From contig NC_042997.1 in assembly GCF_006345805.1 (NCBI RefSeq), positions 175,398,001 to 175,462,000 on the forward strand: a stretch of 64,000 nucleotides of DNA. Reading direction: 5' to 3'. Positions 1 to 15,049 of this stretch are shown piece after piece. The position numbers and the translations under genes are program-made. Within the stretch, counting starts at the first letter, position 1. Each line of letters opens with the position of its first letter. The notes below the pieces were generated by a model. That model ran no database searches and was not told where the DNA came from. It worked only from the letters and a program-made list of their open reading frames with translations. This DNA is from Octopus sinensis. Taxonomy: Eukaryota.

Positions 1-906
1 CTGTAAAACAATTTATCTTTTACTTGTTTCAGTCATTAGACTGTAGCCATGGTAGGCCACCACCTTGAAGAATTTTTTTAGTCAAATAAATTGACTCCAG
101 TATTTATTTTTTGGTTAAGCTTGGTGCATATTCTTTTGCCCTTTTTTGCCAATCCGCTAAGTTACGATGACATAAACACACTAACACTGGTTGTTAAGCA
201 ATAATGGGGGACAAACACAGACACAAAGAAACATAGATATAGATACACAAACACTCTTAACAACAGGCTTCTTTCAGTTTCCATCTACCAAATCCACTCA
301 CAAGGCTTTGGTTGGTCCAAGGCTATAGTAGAAGACACTTGCCCAATGTGCCACATAGTGGGACTGAACCCAGAACTATGTGCTTGGGAAGCAAGCTTCT
401 TACCACACAGCCACACCTGCACCTATTTCTCCATTAACCTAAATGAATGCTCAGTTTTTTTAAGAACCATTTGGCACAGTGATTTTCAAATTCACAAATA
501 CCTGTCCTTATCCATCACCAACCATCATCACCTCCACCCCAAAAATAAAGTTGAATTTTTGCATCCATATATAAATTGTTTCTTTGTGATGACATGGGAC
601 AAATTTAAAAGCTTAAAAATCATTTTAACCCTTTAGCATTTAATCCAGTCATATCCAGCTTAATATTCTCTTTGTTTTATGTTAAAATTTACCATATCCA
701 GCCTATCACACCTACCCTACAATGCTATTCTAAAAATATACAAGCATAGGCACAGGAGTGGCTGTGTGGTAAGCCACTTCCCAATCATATGTTCCAGGTT
801 CAGTTCCACTGCATGGCACTTTGGGCAGATGTCTTCTGCTATAGCCTCAGGACAAACAAAGCCTTGTGAGTGGATTTGATAGACGGAAAATGAAAGAAGC
901 CCATCG

Positions 907-949
<43 letters not shown>

Positions 950-3656
950 ATTTATGTGTCTTTTCTTGTCCCTCCACTATTGCTTGACAACCGACGTTGG
1001 TGTGTTTACGTCCCTGTAACTTAGTGGTTCAGCAAAAGAGACCAATAGAATAAGTACTAGGCTTATAAAGAATATTTCCTGAGGGTTGATTTGTTCAACT
1101 AAAAGGCAGTGCTCCAGCATGGCCACAGTCAAGTGATTGAAACAAGTAAAAGAATAAAAGAATACCATTGAAATCTTGAAGCTACAAGATAATGTGTGAT
1201 TAATTCAAAACAAGGTGAATAAATAAGCATTACATTTTACAAAGAAATCTGAATGCTAAATGGTTAATTTTAGTAAACATTGCAATTTGTCCAAACCCTT
1301 TTCAAATTCTCACAACTCCACTCTCTATGAGAAATACCAAGTTAGCATGTTAATGAGGAAATGGTACATACTGCAATTATCCAGCATGCTGTGTACCCCT
1401 GTATCTTTTTATTTTGACAAGTCTTTAGCTCGGTTCAGCCTTGTAGAATATATTCCTCTCTAGTTTGTTGTTTACCATATTTGTTACCATATTTCTGTTG
1501 AAATGCTCTGTTTCTTTCAATTCATTTTTAAAATGAATTTTTAAAAGAAATTTGTAAAATAACTTAGCTATCATTAAGCTAGTGTTAGGAACATAAATTG
1601 TGACTAAGGTCTGCTGGAAGATTTTAATTCAAAACTTGTGAAAAAAAGACATTTGTATTACAGAGCCAGACGTGGTTTCAACCGGGTTGGTATCGAAAGG
1701 GTTAATCCTCTAACATTCAGATTACTCTGTCAAACATAATGCTTATTTATTGAAATTGGTTTGAACTAATTATGCATTATCAAATAGCTTTAAGATTTCA
1801 ATGATGTTGATTATATATTTCTAGAATGACATTGTACGGTAGGTGTGAGATACCAAATCTGGCCAACTTGAACATAAAACATGCAGAATAATGGGCTTGA
1901 TATGGCTGGTTTAAATGCTGAAGACTTGGCTTATCATCAAAGATGTTCTAGCTGTGATCATCCTAGCTTTATTTTTCAGAAACAGTGCCCAGAATTGCAT
2001 TAACCAATGTGACCTTCGTAATTTTTTTATTTTTTTTTTATTTTAGGATTTGGGGGAATGATTTGAGGAAGATATGGTTGCTATTTCTACTATGTTGGGC
2101 AGTTGCATAGAAAGCCTCTAACTGCTCTGTGATTTTTTCCTAGATCACCCTATAATCTTATTCCTTTAGAAGATGTTTACACTTTCATAAGCAATGCATA
2201 GATAGCAGTGATAATATTACATCAGATTTTACATAAGCTTTATTATTTACTTACACTAGGACAGTTTGACACTTACATTTATTCACTGCAGGCAGAGCAA
2301 AGACTGTATGTGTGTGTTTGTGTGTGAGTGTTTATGTGTGTTCTGTTTTTCTCTTCCTCCTTCTCTCACTACCTTTCACTCTTCCTCTTTCTTTCTCTTT
2401 ATTTCCTCTCCTCTCTTCTCTCTCTGCTTCCATTTCTCTCCTCCTTTATCTGTCTTTTTTCCTCTTATCTCTCTATCTCATATCTTTTCTATGTTTCTCT
2501 CTTTTTCCTTTCTCTCTCTTCTCCCTTCTTCCTGGAGTTCTTTCTTAAAAAACAGTAGCAATTCAAAAGACATCAAAGGTCACAAGCTTGGTATCTTAGT
2601 TTTGTCTTCCTTGCAGTATTCAGTTGACTTGGGTCTTATAATAGTCTCACATTCATATGTAAACACGTGACCAATACTTCCCACCATAAGAAACCATGTT
2701 CATGTTATTAGTACGAGGTCAGCCTTTGTTGAGCAGATATAAGACATTCCAGCTGTGACCATCTCATCTTAGTGTTTTTTCTAGCAATATATATAATCAA
2801 ATGCATACTTCTTTTTTAAGACAACAGGACATTATTTGAAGGAGATTTGGCCACTATTTCTTGTGAATTGAATAGTTGCAAGGCGAATCCATTATTGATT
2901 CGACATTGTTATGACTTTTTAAAGACAGACATTATCACTTTCCTTTATCTCATTAGATTATTTTCATTATATCTAGTATTGTTACATTTATATTATCATT
3001 GATCACCTAGTTTTCTATCAAACCTTGAGCAATTAACCTCATTGATTTATATTCCTATTCAGCTTTTATCTTCAGTTTTGTTTTGTATTTCTTACATTCG
3101 TGAATGACATGTTTTACAAGTATAATATTAATTTAATACTGTATGTGTGTGTATGTAGGTACATGATGAAGTGGTTAGAGGTTTGGGCTCACAATCATAA
3201 AATTATGGGTCCTTGAGCATTTCTCCAGTCTACTCAGTTGAAAATCAGTACCAGCAGCTAGGAGCTGACCTTACAACAACCTCTTGCATGTCTGTGTTTT
3301 TGAAGAGGCACAAATGTAAACACATACACACACACCCACACACTCAACAGGTTGTATAGTTTCTCTCTACCTGCCCAGGACTGTAGTATATATCACCATC
3401 ATCATCATTTAATATCCATTTTCCTATGCTTACATGAGTCAGACGGAATTTGTTCTGGCTGACCCAGACATATCCTTCCTGTCACCTACCTCATATATAT
3501 ATGTGTGTATGTGTATCTTTGTGTTAGTCATTTCCCACTACTTAACAACTAGTGTTAGTTTGTTTGCATCCCCATAACTTAGCAGATCAGAAAAGAAACC
3601 AACAGAATAAGTACCAGACTTTTAAAAAAGTGCTGGGGTTGATTTGTTTACCTAAG

Positions 3657-3922
3657 CCAGTGGTTCTCAACCGGGGTCCATACAGCCTTTGGGGGTCCAT
3701 ATAAGATTTTGTTGTTGAAATTTATCTGCAATAAATTGGTTATACTACTACAATACACAAAATATTTTACTAATTATTTTTATACAATTACAATTCCTAA
3801 TAATATTCAATTATTAAAATATAATAGGATTTTTTTTAATATTGAATGGGTAGGAGGGCCTGTCCGAGTAAAATAGGAATCAAAGGGGTTCATAGGTAAA
3901 AAGAAATGGTTGTGAAACACTG
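3657..3922. mobile_element. hAT-type MITE inserted in a family A SINE
   Basis: cagtggttctcaacc...ggttgtgaaacactg TIRs; SINE sequence resumes after 3925. Related elements at 42002-42337 and about 57680-57995. Confidence 0.75.
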
Positions 3923-5657
3923 ATGCTAAGCCCTTCAAGGTGGTGCTTCAGCATGGCCACAGTCTACTAACTGAAACAAAATAAAAGACAAAATGTACAT
4001 ACTTCTATTCAAATTTTACCTGACAGCTTGATTACTCAGACTGTGTTTACTCAAAATATGCTAACACAGACATCACCTTATTCATCTATGTTGACCTTAT
4101 CTCAAGCAGATATTTTTGCTTTTCCTCCGAACTCTTTCTAAGCCAGGTTTCAAAGCCAGTCTAAATTACTTGCATTATCATGTAATGACTTTTTGGAGGT
4201 TTTTTTTTTCTTTTCTTATTTTTTAAAAATATTTTATTGCATTAAATGCATTGGCTGGGTGAATGAGGGCCGGGAATCTTCTTATTAACAATGTCATAAC
4301 TACTTATTTGAAATTAGAAAGAAATGAAAAAAACACAAAGCAATATGAGTGACATGTTAAATAATAGAAATCTCTAAGATTATCTCATAAATATTTCACA
4401 CTGGATTAGAGATTTTATGGAGGATTATCTTGATTTTATTAATAGAACACTGCACTTTAATCCTGTCTGCTTTATTTTATTTTGAGAATTTTTTTTTTTG
4501 AGAATTTTTTTTTTTTGAGAATTTTTTTGTGATGAGCTGGCAGAATCAATTGAGTGTCAAAAGAAATGCCTTGCAGTATTTCTTCCAATTCTTTTATGTT
4601 CTAAGTTCAAAGACAGATTTGACCAAGGTCAAATCTTCCTTTCATTAATCCAGTTTCAGTAAAAGCAAAATTTAGTTGCTGGAACCACTAGTATTGACCA
4701 ACCTCTCCTCTCAAAATTGCTGGCCTTGTGCCTAAATTAGAAACCATTATTATAATTGTTGCTGTTGTTTATTTTCATAAATGATTCCGTTCATATCTTC
4801 CTTGGTTTTCTTCTTCCGTGTAAAAAACACCATTTGTGTGTGATCGTTACCTGCGTCACCTTACTGGCACTTGTGCTGGTGGCATGTGAAAAAAACATTC
4901 GAGCATGGTCATTGCCAGTTCCGCTAGACTGGCTCCTTCTAGGTGGCACATAAAAAGCACCATTTAAGCATGGCCGTTGCCAGTACCGCCTGACTGGCCC
5001 TCGTGCCGGTGGCATGTAAAAGCACCCACTACACTCTCAGAGTGGTTGACATTAGGAAGGGCATCCAGCTGTAGAAACTCTGCCAGATCAGATTGGAGTC
5101 TGGTGCAGCCATCTGGTTTGTCAGACCTCAGTCAAATCTTTCAACCCATGCTAGCATGGAAAGCAGACATTAAATGATGATGATTGATTTCTTCCACATG
5201 AATTTTCTGAATCTTCTTTCACCACCTGTCATCATCCATAAGCTAACAACACACAGAAAAAGCATGCTTAATATTGTAAATCTCTTCCATTTTAAGGGAA
5301 GTGTGATTTAATATTGAAACTGTGGTGTATTCTATATTTTTGTAACCTGTTAATTAGATACAGTTCTACAAGTAAGATATTGGACTACCTACCAGTGGGT
5401 CATGAGTTGAAATCTGTTGGTAAATATACAGCCAATAGCATTGATATTTTTGCTAAAAATCTAAATGAGATCTGTTGATAGATCTAATTTTGTCTACAGC
5501 TACTGCATTTTTTCCTCTTGTAAGTAGAATACAGCATTTACCTCAGTCATTGCAACTAAAAATAGGGTGTTACCCCTGTGCTATTCCTGTTATGCAATCA
5601 AGGGATTAGTAGAAGGAAAGGTGTGTAGTTGTCAAATTACTTACACCAGGAGTTTAA

Positions 5658-5878
5658 CCCTTTAGCAATTAAACCGGCCATATCTGGCCAAAAGTATTCT
5701 GCCTATTCTATGCTCAAACTGGCCAGATCTGGTCTCTCATACCTGCCCTACAATATTGTTTTAAAAATTAACAGCTACCTCATCAAAATCTCATAGCACC
5801 AAGATAATGCCTGATTAGTTCAAGGCAATGTGGATTAAAAAGGATTAATTTGGGCAGAATAATGTGAACACTAAAGGG
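5658..5878. mobile_element. piggyBac-like MITE family
   Basis: TTAA-CCCTTTAGC...CTAAAGGG-TTAA. Related copies near 626-1262 (split by SINE 747-1165), 1706-1925, 14260-14478, 30520-30746 and 61125-61345. Confidence 0.78.
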
Positions 5879-8113
5879 TTAAATGTAAATATGCAAAAGC
5901 CAGCTCAACTCAATGCTGACATGGTAAAAAATTTTATGTGAAAAAAATGTGGAACAATTAAAGAGAAATATTTTTACTTCAAAATTGCACTTTTTAAAAA
6001 AAAAATTCGCATAAAGGTCCCATTTGAAAAGAAAACAATAAGAACTAAACTGTTTATCTATTACTGGTACTTATATTTTAAGAACCACTTAATGATTGAT
6101 ATCCTATTTCTGTTATCCCTAGTCTCTTGCCTCCCATTTAGCAATAATCATATTCATTTGGGTCATTCTTTCTATAGGATCCAGGCCTCTGGGGGTGCTT
6201 CAGTTGTGATTGCTATTAATATTCTATTTTTTAAATTTTACATCAATTTTCCCTACGTACACATGGAGAGAGAAAAAAAAAAAGACATGGAACAATTAAA
6301 GTATTTATATATTTCTAGCTGGCTTTGTATAGCCTGTGAGTAATTTGCACACACTCAACTAAATGAAGGCTAGTGAAGTATGGCACTCATCTTACTATAA
6401 TGGGCATTATATCCTTCCGTCTGTCGGTGTTGTCTTCCTCATGGCCAAATGGCTGGACCAATGGTCATGATGTTTTTTGGAATTATGAAGGAGGTAATCA
6501 GGAAGGTTTTTGATGAAAGAAAAATGAAAAAGTATGACTATTCAGTGAATATTTAGGGTAATTGTTCAGTTTACGAGCGTTAAAAAAGTGAATAAAAATT
6601 AAGGGAGATACCTTATAAAAGAAGCAAAGGGAAGTCAACTTCTTACTATAATAAGCATTATGTCCGTCTGTCTGTTCCCTTTTCATGGTCAAACGGCTGA
6701 ACCAATGGTCTCAATGTTTTTTCAAGATCATGAAGGAGGTAATAAGGAAAGAATGTGAAGAAGTATGATTATTTAGTGGATATTGAGTTTGTCTTTTTTT
6801 TTTCTTGTTAAAATTCTGGTGATGAGAATTAACTCTGGATCCTCCCCAACCCCGTATAGTTTGTGAATTTAGAGGGTTTAGATTTGCAATAATATCCCTT
6901 TATTTCCCATCATAGATGGGCAGATTCCTGAAGAATGGGGAGATTCTCAGCAAACAAGGCACAGGGCCAGACTTTTGACCATGTAGGTGTATTTTTACCC
7001 ACTCTGATGTTTACACCTGGCTAGTTATACGTCGCTATGAGTAGAGCAACAGACTCCAGAAATCTGAAAATTAGTGTCGACCAAACAGAAAATATCGTCT
7101 ACAAAGAAGTTTTGTAATCATATTGATATTAATCGAAAGAAATATGATTCATAATTTAAATTATGAAATTTATGGATTTTGAATGTATAAGGGTATAAAC
7201 AAGCATAAAATAGTGTAAACAACTAAAATAAAAGTATATCTAAATAACATTTTTTTCTTAATACTTTTTATGTAGTGGTCAAAGGAAGGTCTGGCTTTTG
7301 TTAGGAGTGGTCCACAATACCATTCATGATACAGAGGCTGGGAGCTTGTTTCAGTTTAGGAGTGAATCGTCATTACATGACTTAGTTGCAAACATGTCAT
7401 ATAGCTGCAATAGAATTCTGTATCCCCAACAATAATGTGATTTCTCTAAGACATCGCCTAGTAACCTATCAAACCCCATTTACACATTTCTCAATACATA
7501 CTGCTGTTATGACTTCCCTCCCTCATTTTGTGCCTCCATCGTAGACGGTTAGATTTGCTAGTATATTTAATTTGGCACACTTTATGTAATAGTTAAGTTA
7601 GTGTTATTAGACTATATTTAGAAGGCTGACAAAAATTAAACATATAGTGAGAAAAAAAAAAAAACAAAGACTATTATTATTTTAATTATTCATTGTTTTT
7701 GTTTAACACCCATTTATTTCCTCATTCCAGTGTAAGCTGGACAGGAACTTAGTTGATTGAGGGTAACATTTCACTACCAGATGCTCCCTCTTACTGTCAT
7801 CATGCCAAGTAATCATCAGTCATCAAGTTAACAAGGAATGGAAACATCATGTCACCATTTTGTTTAATTGATAACAGCAAAGCTGTGTAATATCAAATAT
7901 TGGCATACATATGTGTGTGAGCACGCATGCACACACACATACACACACATGATGTGCTTCTATTCAGTTTTTGTTTTACAGTTCCACTCACAAAGCATTG
8001 ATCAGCCTGGGGCTATAATAGACACATGTCCAAGATGCTGCACTGTGGGATTAACCTTGAAACCATGTGGTTGAAAAGCAAACATTTTAATTACATAGCC
8101 ATTTTGGTATCTA

Positions 8114-8589
8114 ACGTAAATCCTCGAGTATAATCCGCATTTTCCCAAAAAAATTTAAAGGTCAAAATCCCTAGTGCGTACTATATACGAGGTTAAAAAT
8201 GAAAATTATTTTATAAGCAATGTCTGAGTCTCTATTTGCTGTCCGGCAATGTTTATTCAGACGCATTTTGTGATGTTGGGCATGAAAATACCATAAATCA
8301 TCCATATCTTGCAGTTAGCAACATTTATTAAACGTTATTACTGTTATTTCTTTATTTTCTGCAAATAACATGCGCAAAAAAGCTACATGTTTGCATGATG
8401 TTATATATACAATAATAATAAAGGACGTTACCGTATACAGTTTTACAAACCAAGGACGTTATATAGACCTCCTTGACTCAATTTAGAGAAGGGGTGCGTA
8501 TTATACACAAGGTTTAGGTTTTTCAGAGGTACAGCTCCTTAAAAATCCCCTACGTTACTCAAGGGTGGACTATACTCGAGGATTTATGG
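8114..8589. mobile_element. Tc2/pogo-like MITE
   Basis: TA-flanked TIRs acgtaaatcctcgagtata.tcc and gga.tatactcgaggatttatgg; subterminal gtgcgta.tata repeats. Confidence 0.8.
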
Positions 8590-9026
8590 TAGTTTAATTA
8601 TTTCAACCATTATGGGGCACAGCTGTGTGCATGTTTCTGTAACATTAACTAGGTTGCTTTCCTCAGTCTGATTCTCTTAACACAGGTCAGGAATGATTGT
8701 CTTTGGTAGTTTTATAGGCAGATGACAGCCTGGTTCTTAGAATAGAATTTGTTGATAAGTTAGAAAAAGTTCCACACTTGGAAGCATGATCTAATGTTTG
8801 AATTTTCAAAGGTCAACTTGATAAAGACCAAAGTGCCAGTTACCAACAGCAAGCACTCAATCATAAGTGACATCTGGGAAGCAGTCTTGATTTGTGTGTA
8901 GGAAGAGAATAGGTGATAACTTGATACATTTTACCCAAAAGGTGCAGTAGGATCTTTGACAGGCTGATAGGTGTAAAAGATATACAGAAGTGGTTAGCAG
9001 TAGGAAAACCCATAAAATATTATCTA

Positions 9027-9191
9027 TAGGCACAGGAGTGGCTGTGTGGTAAGTAGCTTGCTTACCAACCACATGGTTCTGGGTTCAGTCACACTGCGTG
9101 GCGTCTTGGGCGAGTGTCTTCTACTATAGCCTCGGGCCGACCAAAGCCTTGTGAGTGGATTTGGTAGACGGAAACTGAAAGAAACCTGTCG

Positions 9192-9224
<33 letters not shown>

Positions 9225-9438
9225 ATGTTTGTGTGTCTGTGTTTGTCCCCCCTAGCATTGCTTGATAACCGATGCTGGTGTGTTTACATCCCTGTCACTT
9301 AGCGGTTCGGCAAAAGAGACCGATAGAATAAGTAGTGGGCTCAAAAAGAATAAGTCCTGGGGTCGATTTGCTTGACTAAAGGCGGTGCTCCAGCATGGCC
9401 GCAGTCAAATGACTGAAACAAATAAAATAGTAAAGAGT
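9027..9438 (+). mobile_element. tRNA-derived SINE, family A (full length)
   Basis: A box tggctgtgtgg, B box gggttcagtc, CORE-like ccttgggcaagtgtctt, internal (TA)/(TG) tract and (gtaaaaga)n tail. Copies at about 20-423(-), 747-1165(+), 10153-10555(-), 10938-11277(+), 13541-13840(+), 30780-31172(-), 34822-35197(+), 37077-37455(+), 43840-44222(+), 44231-44643(+), 44790-45210(-), 63150-63540(-). Confidence 0.9.
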
Positions 9439-12353
9439 ATAGGCTAACTTCAGTGATGTGTTAAAAGTAATGGAGCCACTGAGGGAGCCTTTGAGGTCAC
9501 TCAGTCTGCTAAACTTCGCTCAAATTGAAACCCTACTTCTTTGTCTTGTTTTATCACAGTTCCTATGTATGGGAGTTTTAATATATCTTTCACATTTTTT
9601 ATAAGCCTTAAATCTAATCTACTTTATCACATAATTTTTTTTTTGTCAAAAGTAATCAATGTATTTATGTGACTCATTGTAGTTTTTAATATAGTTTTTT
9701 TTTTTTTTTTTTTTTTCAAAAGCAATATGTTCATCTGATATGATATATTTATCTGATGCAAAAATCAATATATTTTTCTGATACAGTATAATTCCTGCTC
9801 ATACAACCATGCATTAATACTGATAGCACTTAAACTAGAAAAAATTATTTTGTTTGGTTTCTCCAAATGTTTGTAAACAATTGTTCAATAAAATAGATAG
9901 TTATAAGTTAGTGGTGTTGCCATAGCATATAAAGAAATATTTTAAATGCCTAACTTAGTTTTAAATTCTGTAAATATTAGCCTAGAACAGTCATAGGCAA
10001 ATTGTGGACCGCTAGACTTTCTGCATCACATGTCTAATCAAAAAATTGCTTTGATAATGAACCGTATCTTATGTAGCCTACTTATAAAAGTTACCCATGA
10101 AGGTTGGTTATTTTGAATCTGGCTCTAACATTCCATGCCTTAGTGTATAATGTTTACTCTTTTACTTGTTTCAGTCATTCGACTGTGGCCATGCTGGAGC
10201 ACCACCTTTAGTCGAGCAAATTGACCCCAAGACTTATTCTTTGTAAGCCTAGTACTTATTCTATCGGTCTACTTTGCCGAACCACTAAGTTACGGGAACG
10301 TAAACACACCAGCATCAGTTGTCAAGCGATGTTGGGGGAACAAACAGACACACAAACATATACACACACACATATATACATATATACGACGGGCTTCTTT
10401 CAGTTTCCGTCTACCAAATTCACTTACAAGGCTTTGGTCGACCCGAGGCTATAGTAGAAGACACCACTTGCCCAAAGTGCCATGCAGTGGGTCTGAACTT
10501 GGAACAATGTGGTTGGTAAACAAGCTACTTACCACACAGCCACTCCTGCGCCTATGTTTGCTTAAGTATTTTATATTATTTAGTTGGTTAAATAGAGGTA
10601 GATTATTGGTGAGATCAGTATAGTTGATGTTTATTGTAAGTTACTGGCTGTACAAAGAGAGAGGTTTGCAGAGAGCTACAAATCTTGGGAGGACTGATTG
10701 GGTAAAATATCTAGTGTTAGGAGTGAGAGGCCTGAAACAGGAGGAACAACAAGAAAACTACCATATTTTCTGGCATACAAGATGCATCCCTACTTTACAA
10801 ATATATTTTGTGAAAAAATCAAATTTGATGTTTCATCATACACTCATAAACTTAATAAGCCACCTGTAATACAATCACATTAGAAACATAGCAATTTTTT
10901 TTATTCCATATAAGAATTAAAAAAAAAAAACTTTACATAGGTGCAGGAGTGGCTGTGTGGTAAGTAGCTTGCTTACCAACCACATGGTTCTGGGTTCAGT
11001 CCCACTGTGTTGCTGCTTGGGCAAACCTTATGAGTGGACTTGGTAGTCAGAAACTGAAAGAAGCCCGTTGTGTATACGTATATGTATATATATGTGTGTG
11101 TGTGTTTGTGTGTCTATGTTTGTCCCCGTAACTTAGCGGTTCGGCAAAAGAGACCAATAGAATAAGTACTAGGCTTACAAAAAATAAGTCCTGGTGGCGA
11201 TTTGCTCGACTAAAGGCGGTGCTCCAGCATGACCGCAGTCAATTGACTGAAACAAGTAAAAGAGTAAAGAGAGTATACTTTTTAAAAGTGTGATTTGAGA
11301 AAGATTTGACTGATATTTTTAACAGATCAAGAAACAACATAAAGGTTCTCTCTTTGGCATATAAAAGGGAGGTGAGTGCACCGGGTGTGGGGCAGAGAGG
11401 TGGTATGCAACATGCTAATTCAGAAATGTAAAGACTGATGTTGCCATCAAAGAAAAGGCAGAGAGCAATAGAAGAAACATTGCGCTTCTCTGAGCTTATG
11501 ATTATTGCATGCTGGTGAGTGGATCTTTGCCAATAAACCTGCTGGCCTTGGCCTTTTTCTCATTCTTCTGAATACTATCTAAGAACTGTATGTGTTTAAC
11601 ATCAACCAGTACTATCTCAGATATATGAGCAATGTTCCAAAAAAGTTGTGTTTTGTCAAAGGTCAGAACAGAAATCCTTTCTGACCCTGAAAAGGAAGCT
11701 TAATTTTGGATATGAGACTTGGCTTCATACCATCTGAAAAGTACATTCAATAATGATATTAATAATCCTTTCTACTATAGGTACAAGGCCTGAAATTTGT
11801 GGGGAGAGGACAAGTCAATTACATTGACCCGAGTGTTTCACTAGTATTTAATTTATCAACCCCAAAAGGTTGAATCGCAAAGTTAACCATTGAAATTTGA
11901 ACTCAGAACATAACGACCTGGCATGCTAACGATTCTGCCTGCTTGCCACCTTAATAATGATACTAATAATGATAGTATATTTAGCAATATAATGTGACAA
12001 TATGAAGGATGAAATTAAGTAATGTTATGACCAAATAAGTTTACTCATCATCAGTACAACCATTGTATGGTGTGATCCAGGATGTTCAGATGCATCTCAC
12101 CATGTATGGTCATTTTTAACCATTAATCACACCTACTTCATTGTCTGTGGTGTATTGGGTGGTAGAGTGTATTTTGCACCAGATATTTTAATGGATGAAA
12201 GCAGAGTAAAATGATTATAAGTAAATATGAAAACAAAGGAAGGTAAAACTAATTGAATTTAACCAATATTGACTTAACACTTAGCTTATCTGGTGACAAC
12301 AAACAAAATGTTGTCAGCTGCTTGTGAATATGGCTTCCCAGTGCAACTATCTT

Positions 12354-12387
<34 letters not shown>

Positions 12388-12743
12388 CTGTGCATGCATG
12401 AGTGTGGAGGACATACTGTACCCATCACCCTTTTCAAACCACCTGTGAGTAGGAGGAAAAGTGAGAAATATATTCTCTAACTAGAGACTGGATCCAAATG
12501 TTTGCAGTAGAATGGTAGCTGCTGAATGGACCCAAGGGCTTGGTAGCAGGGTTAAACCTGGCAACATCTTAAGTCAGCTATAAAAGAAAGCTGTCTTAGG
12601 AATGCTCTGGCTGACTGAAAGTGATTTCACTTAAAAACATGCTATGTTATTCTTATTTCTGCTCTAAATGCCCTATGATATATTTTACTTGAAGGCTGGC
12701 TGCAACAAAAGTGGGTGTGCTTAAACTTGTGCCTTAAATATAT

Positions 12744-12970
12744 ATTTCTTTACTACCCATAAGGGGCTAAACACAGAGGGGACAAACAAGGACAGACAAA
12801 CGGATTAAGTCGATTGTATCAACCCCAGTGCATAACTGGTACTTAATTTATCGACCCCGAAAGGATGAAAGGCAAAGTCGACCTCGGCGGAATTTGAACC
12901 CAGAACGTAACGGCAGACGAAATATGGCTACGCATTTTGCCCGGCGTACTAACGTTTCTGCGAGCTCGCC
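12744..12970 (-). mobile_element. tRNA-derived SINE, family C
   Basis: Minus strand reads ggcgagct.gcagaaacgttag...gttcaaattccgccgaggtcgactttgcctttcatcctttcggggtcgataaattaagtacc. Copies near 11760-11950(-), 18726-18945(+), 33955-34190(-), 39063-39272(+), 39481-39697(-), 39712-39845(-), 43060-43240(-), 49060-49520(-, nested), 50650-50790(+). Confidence 0.88.
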
Positions 12971-14829
12971 GAGAAGTTGAATACTTGGGCTAAATAAAAT
13001 AATTTGATTTTCTGTACTTGTTTCTCATCACAACTTTACAGCCATTAGCTCATATAGCATGCTGGTTATTATGTCTCTTCTTCTCATCCTTAATGTCTCT
13101 CAAACTTCTCAAACCCAACACTAAATACTTTCCCCTAGTTATTCCTTGCCAGAACTGTAACTTGTATAATTCCCTTCTTGACCACATTTCTCATATAAAA
13201 TCACTTGAATGTCACCATCATTGATGTCATCAGTCTAAAGGCCATGGGTGCTGCCCCTGTTCCACTAACTAAATAAAGTAATATTTGAGCAGTGATTTCA
13301 CTCAATAGAAATCACCTAGGTAACCTTACAAGCTAAAGATAGCATAAATATGTGAATGGAAATGATTACTAATGTATTGTGTATCAGTATTGGTGATAGG
13401 ACAATTAAACCATTTATTGCAGTTAATAAGAAAATTTGAAAAGTTGAATGTTTGTGTAATGATGGGCTTTAACTTGTCTGCAGAGCAAGTTTATAGCACA
13501 TAGTATTCCAGTATATGACCATTCTGACTTCAATTCTGACATAGGCGCAGGAGTGGCTGTGTGGTAAGTAGCTTGCTTACCAACCACATGGTTCCGGGTT
13601 CAGTCCCTCAGCGTGGCACCTTTGGCAAGTGTCAAAAGCCCATCGTATATATGTATGTGTTTGTATGTCTATGTTTGTCTCCTCAACGTCGCTTTACAAC
13701 TGATGCTGGTGTGCTTACGCCCCCGTAACTTAGCGGTTCGGCAAAACCGCTAAGTCCTGGGGTAGGTTTGCTCGACTAAAGACGGTGCTCCAGCATGGCC
13801 GCAGTCAAATGACTGAAACAAGTAAAATAGTAAAAGAGTAATCTATCCAAAACTGCATTGTTCTGTATGTCCTTCGGGTAGGGTTTGATCAAGATTTGAT
13901 TTCTAATTGTATAGGGGAGATAGATATAATATTGTTTATTTTTCCATTTGTTTTAAATCAATTTTTACATTACAACACATTTGGAATGGTTTTCATAAAC
14001 TTTCTTATTTGTATACTGTTGAGGTAGGTAATTGTTTACAATCATTTAAACAATCAAGGAATATGTATCCTGTCTGTCATTCAGGTTGAGGCTCCATTAG
14101 TTACTTTGTTTCTGTTAAAATACCCTGAATTTATGTCAATTAATTTTGAAAATAAGGCAGACAAAGTAAAATAACTTCCGTCTTTATGAAGATGGTGTTT
14201 AGAACAAAAATTAACATGGAATTCAATAGGAAACTTTAAATTTAGATCATCTTAACTCTTTAGTGTTTAAATTGGCCATATCCAGCTCAAATATTCCAGA
14301 TGTTTTATGTTCAAACTTGTGAAATTCATCCTCTTATACCTACTCTACAATGTCATTCTGAAACTAAACTAACACACCACTGAAATCTCAAAACTGCAAG
14401 ATAATGCATGATTAATTCAAAACAATCAGAATAAATAAGGGATACTTTTGACAGAGTAATCTGAATGCTAAAGTGTTAAAATAAACAATTTGTATCATAG
14501 AATCAGGACTGGTCTCAGGCAGGCTGGTATCAAAAGGGTTAATATCAATAGCAATTTCAAACATTATATGAATTCATTCCAGTGCAATCTAGTTGTGGAT
14601 CTGTGTCAGCATATTTGATAAGGGTAGCCAAAAGGTATACAAAAAGAAGTAAAAAAAACAAAGCAGGAGTACAAGTAATTCATTTTACATTGTTAGAAAG
14701 AAATGATTCAGCTTTTCAGATTGTAGTTTTTTTGTTAAAAAAACTGTTCCTGGGAATAATCCAGAACTTGGAACCTTACAACCATTGTGCTTCCTTATAT
14801 TTTATATAGTTAATGTGTAACACTTTTGA

Positions 14830-15049
14830 CCCTTTCGTTACTGTATTTATTTTGAGATGCTCTGTGTTTCTTTCAATTACTTTAAATGTAACAAAGAATT
14901 TTGTAAAATAACTTAGTTATCATTCAGCTAGTGTTAAGAACATAAATTGTGACTAAGGTATGGTGGAAGATTTTAATTCAAAACTTATGAAAACAAGACA
15001 TTTGTACTCAGAGTCAGAGCCAGTTTCACCCAGGTTGGTAATGAAAGGG
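14830..15049. mobile_element. Second piggyBac-like MITE family
   Basis: ccctttcgttac...gtaatgaaaggg-ttaa; homologous copy at about 1480-1705. Confidence 0.72.

Noticed and set aside
2266-2670. 134-aa hydrophobic ORF
   Set aside because: Product of a pyrimidine-rich (CT) tract.
6920-6960. cctgaaga...gcaaac HHR-like string (a similar one at about 41780)
   Set aside because: GAAA core broken and pairing weak.
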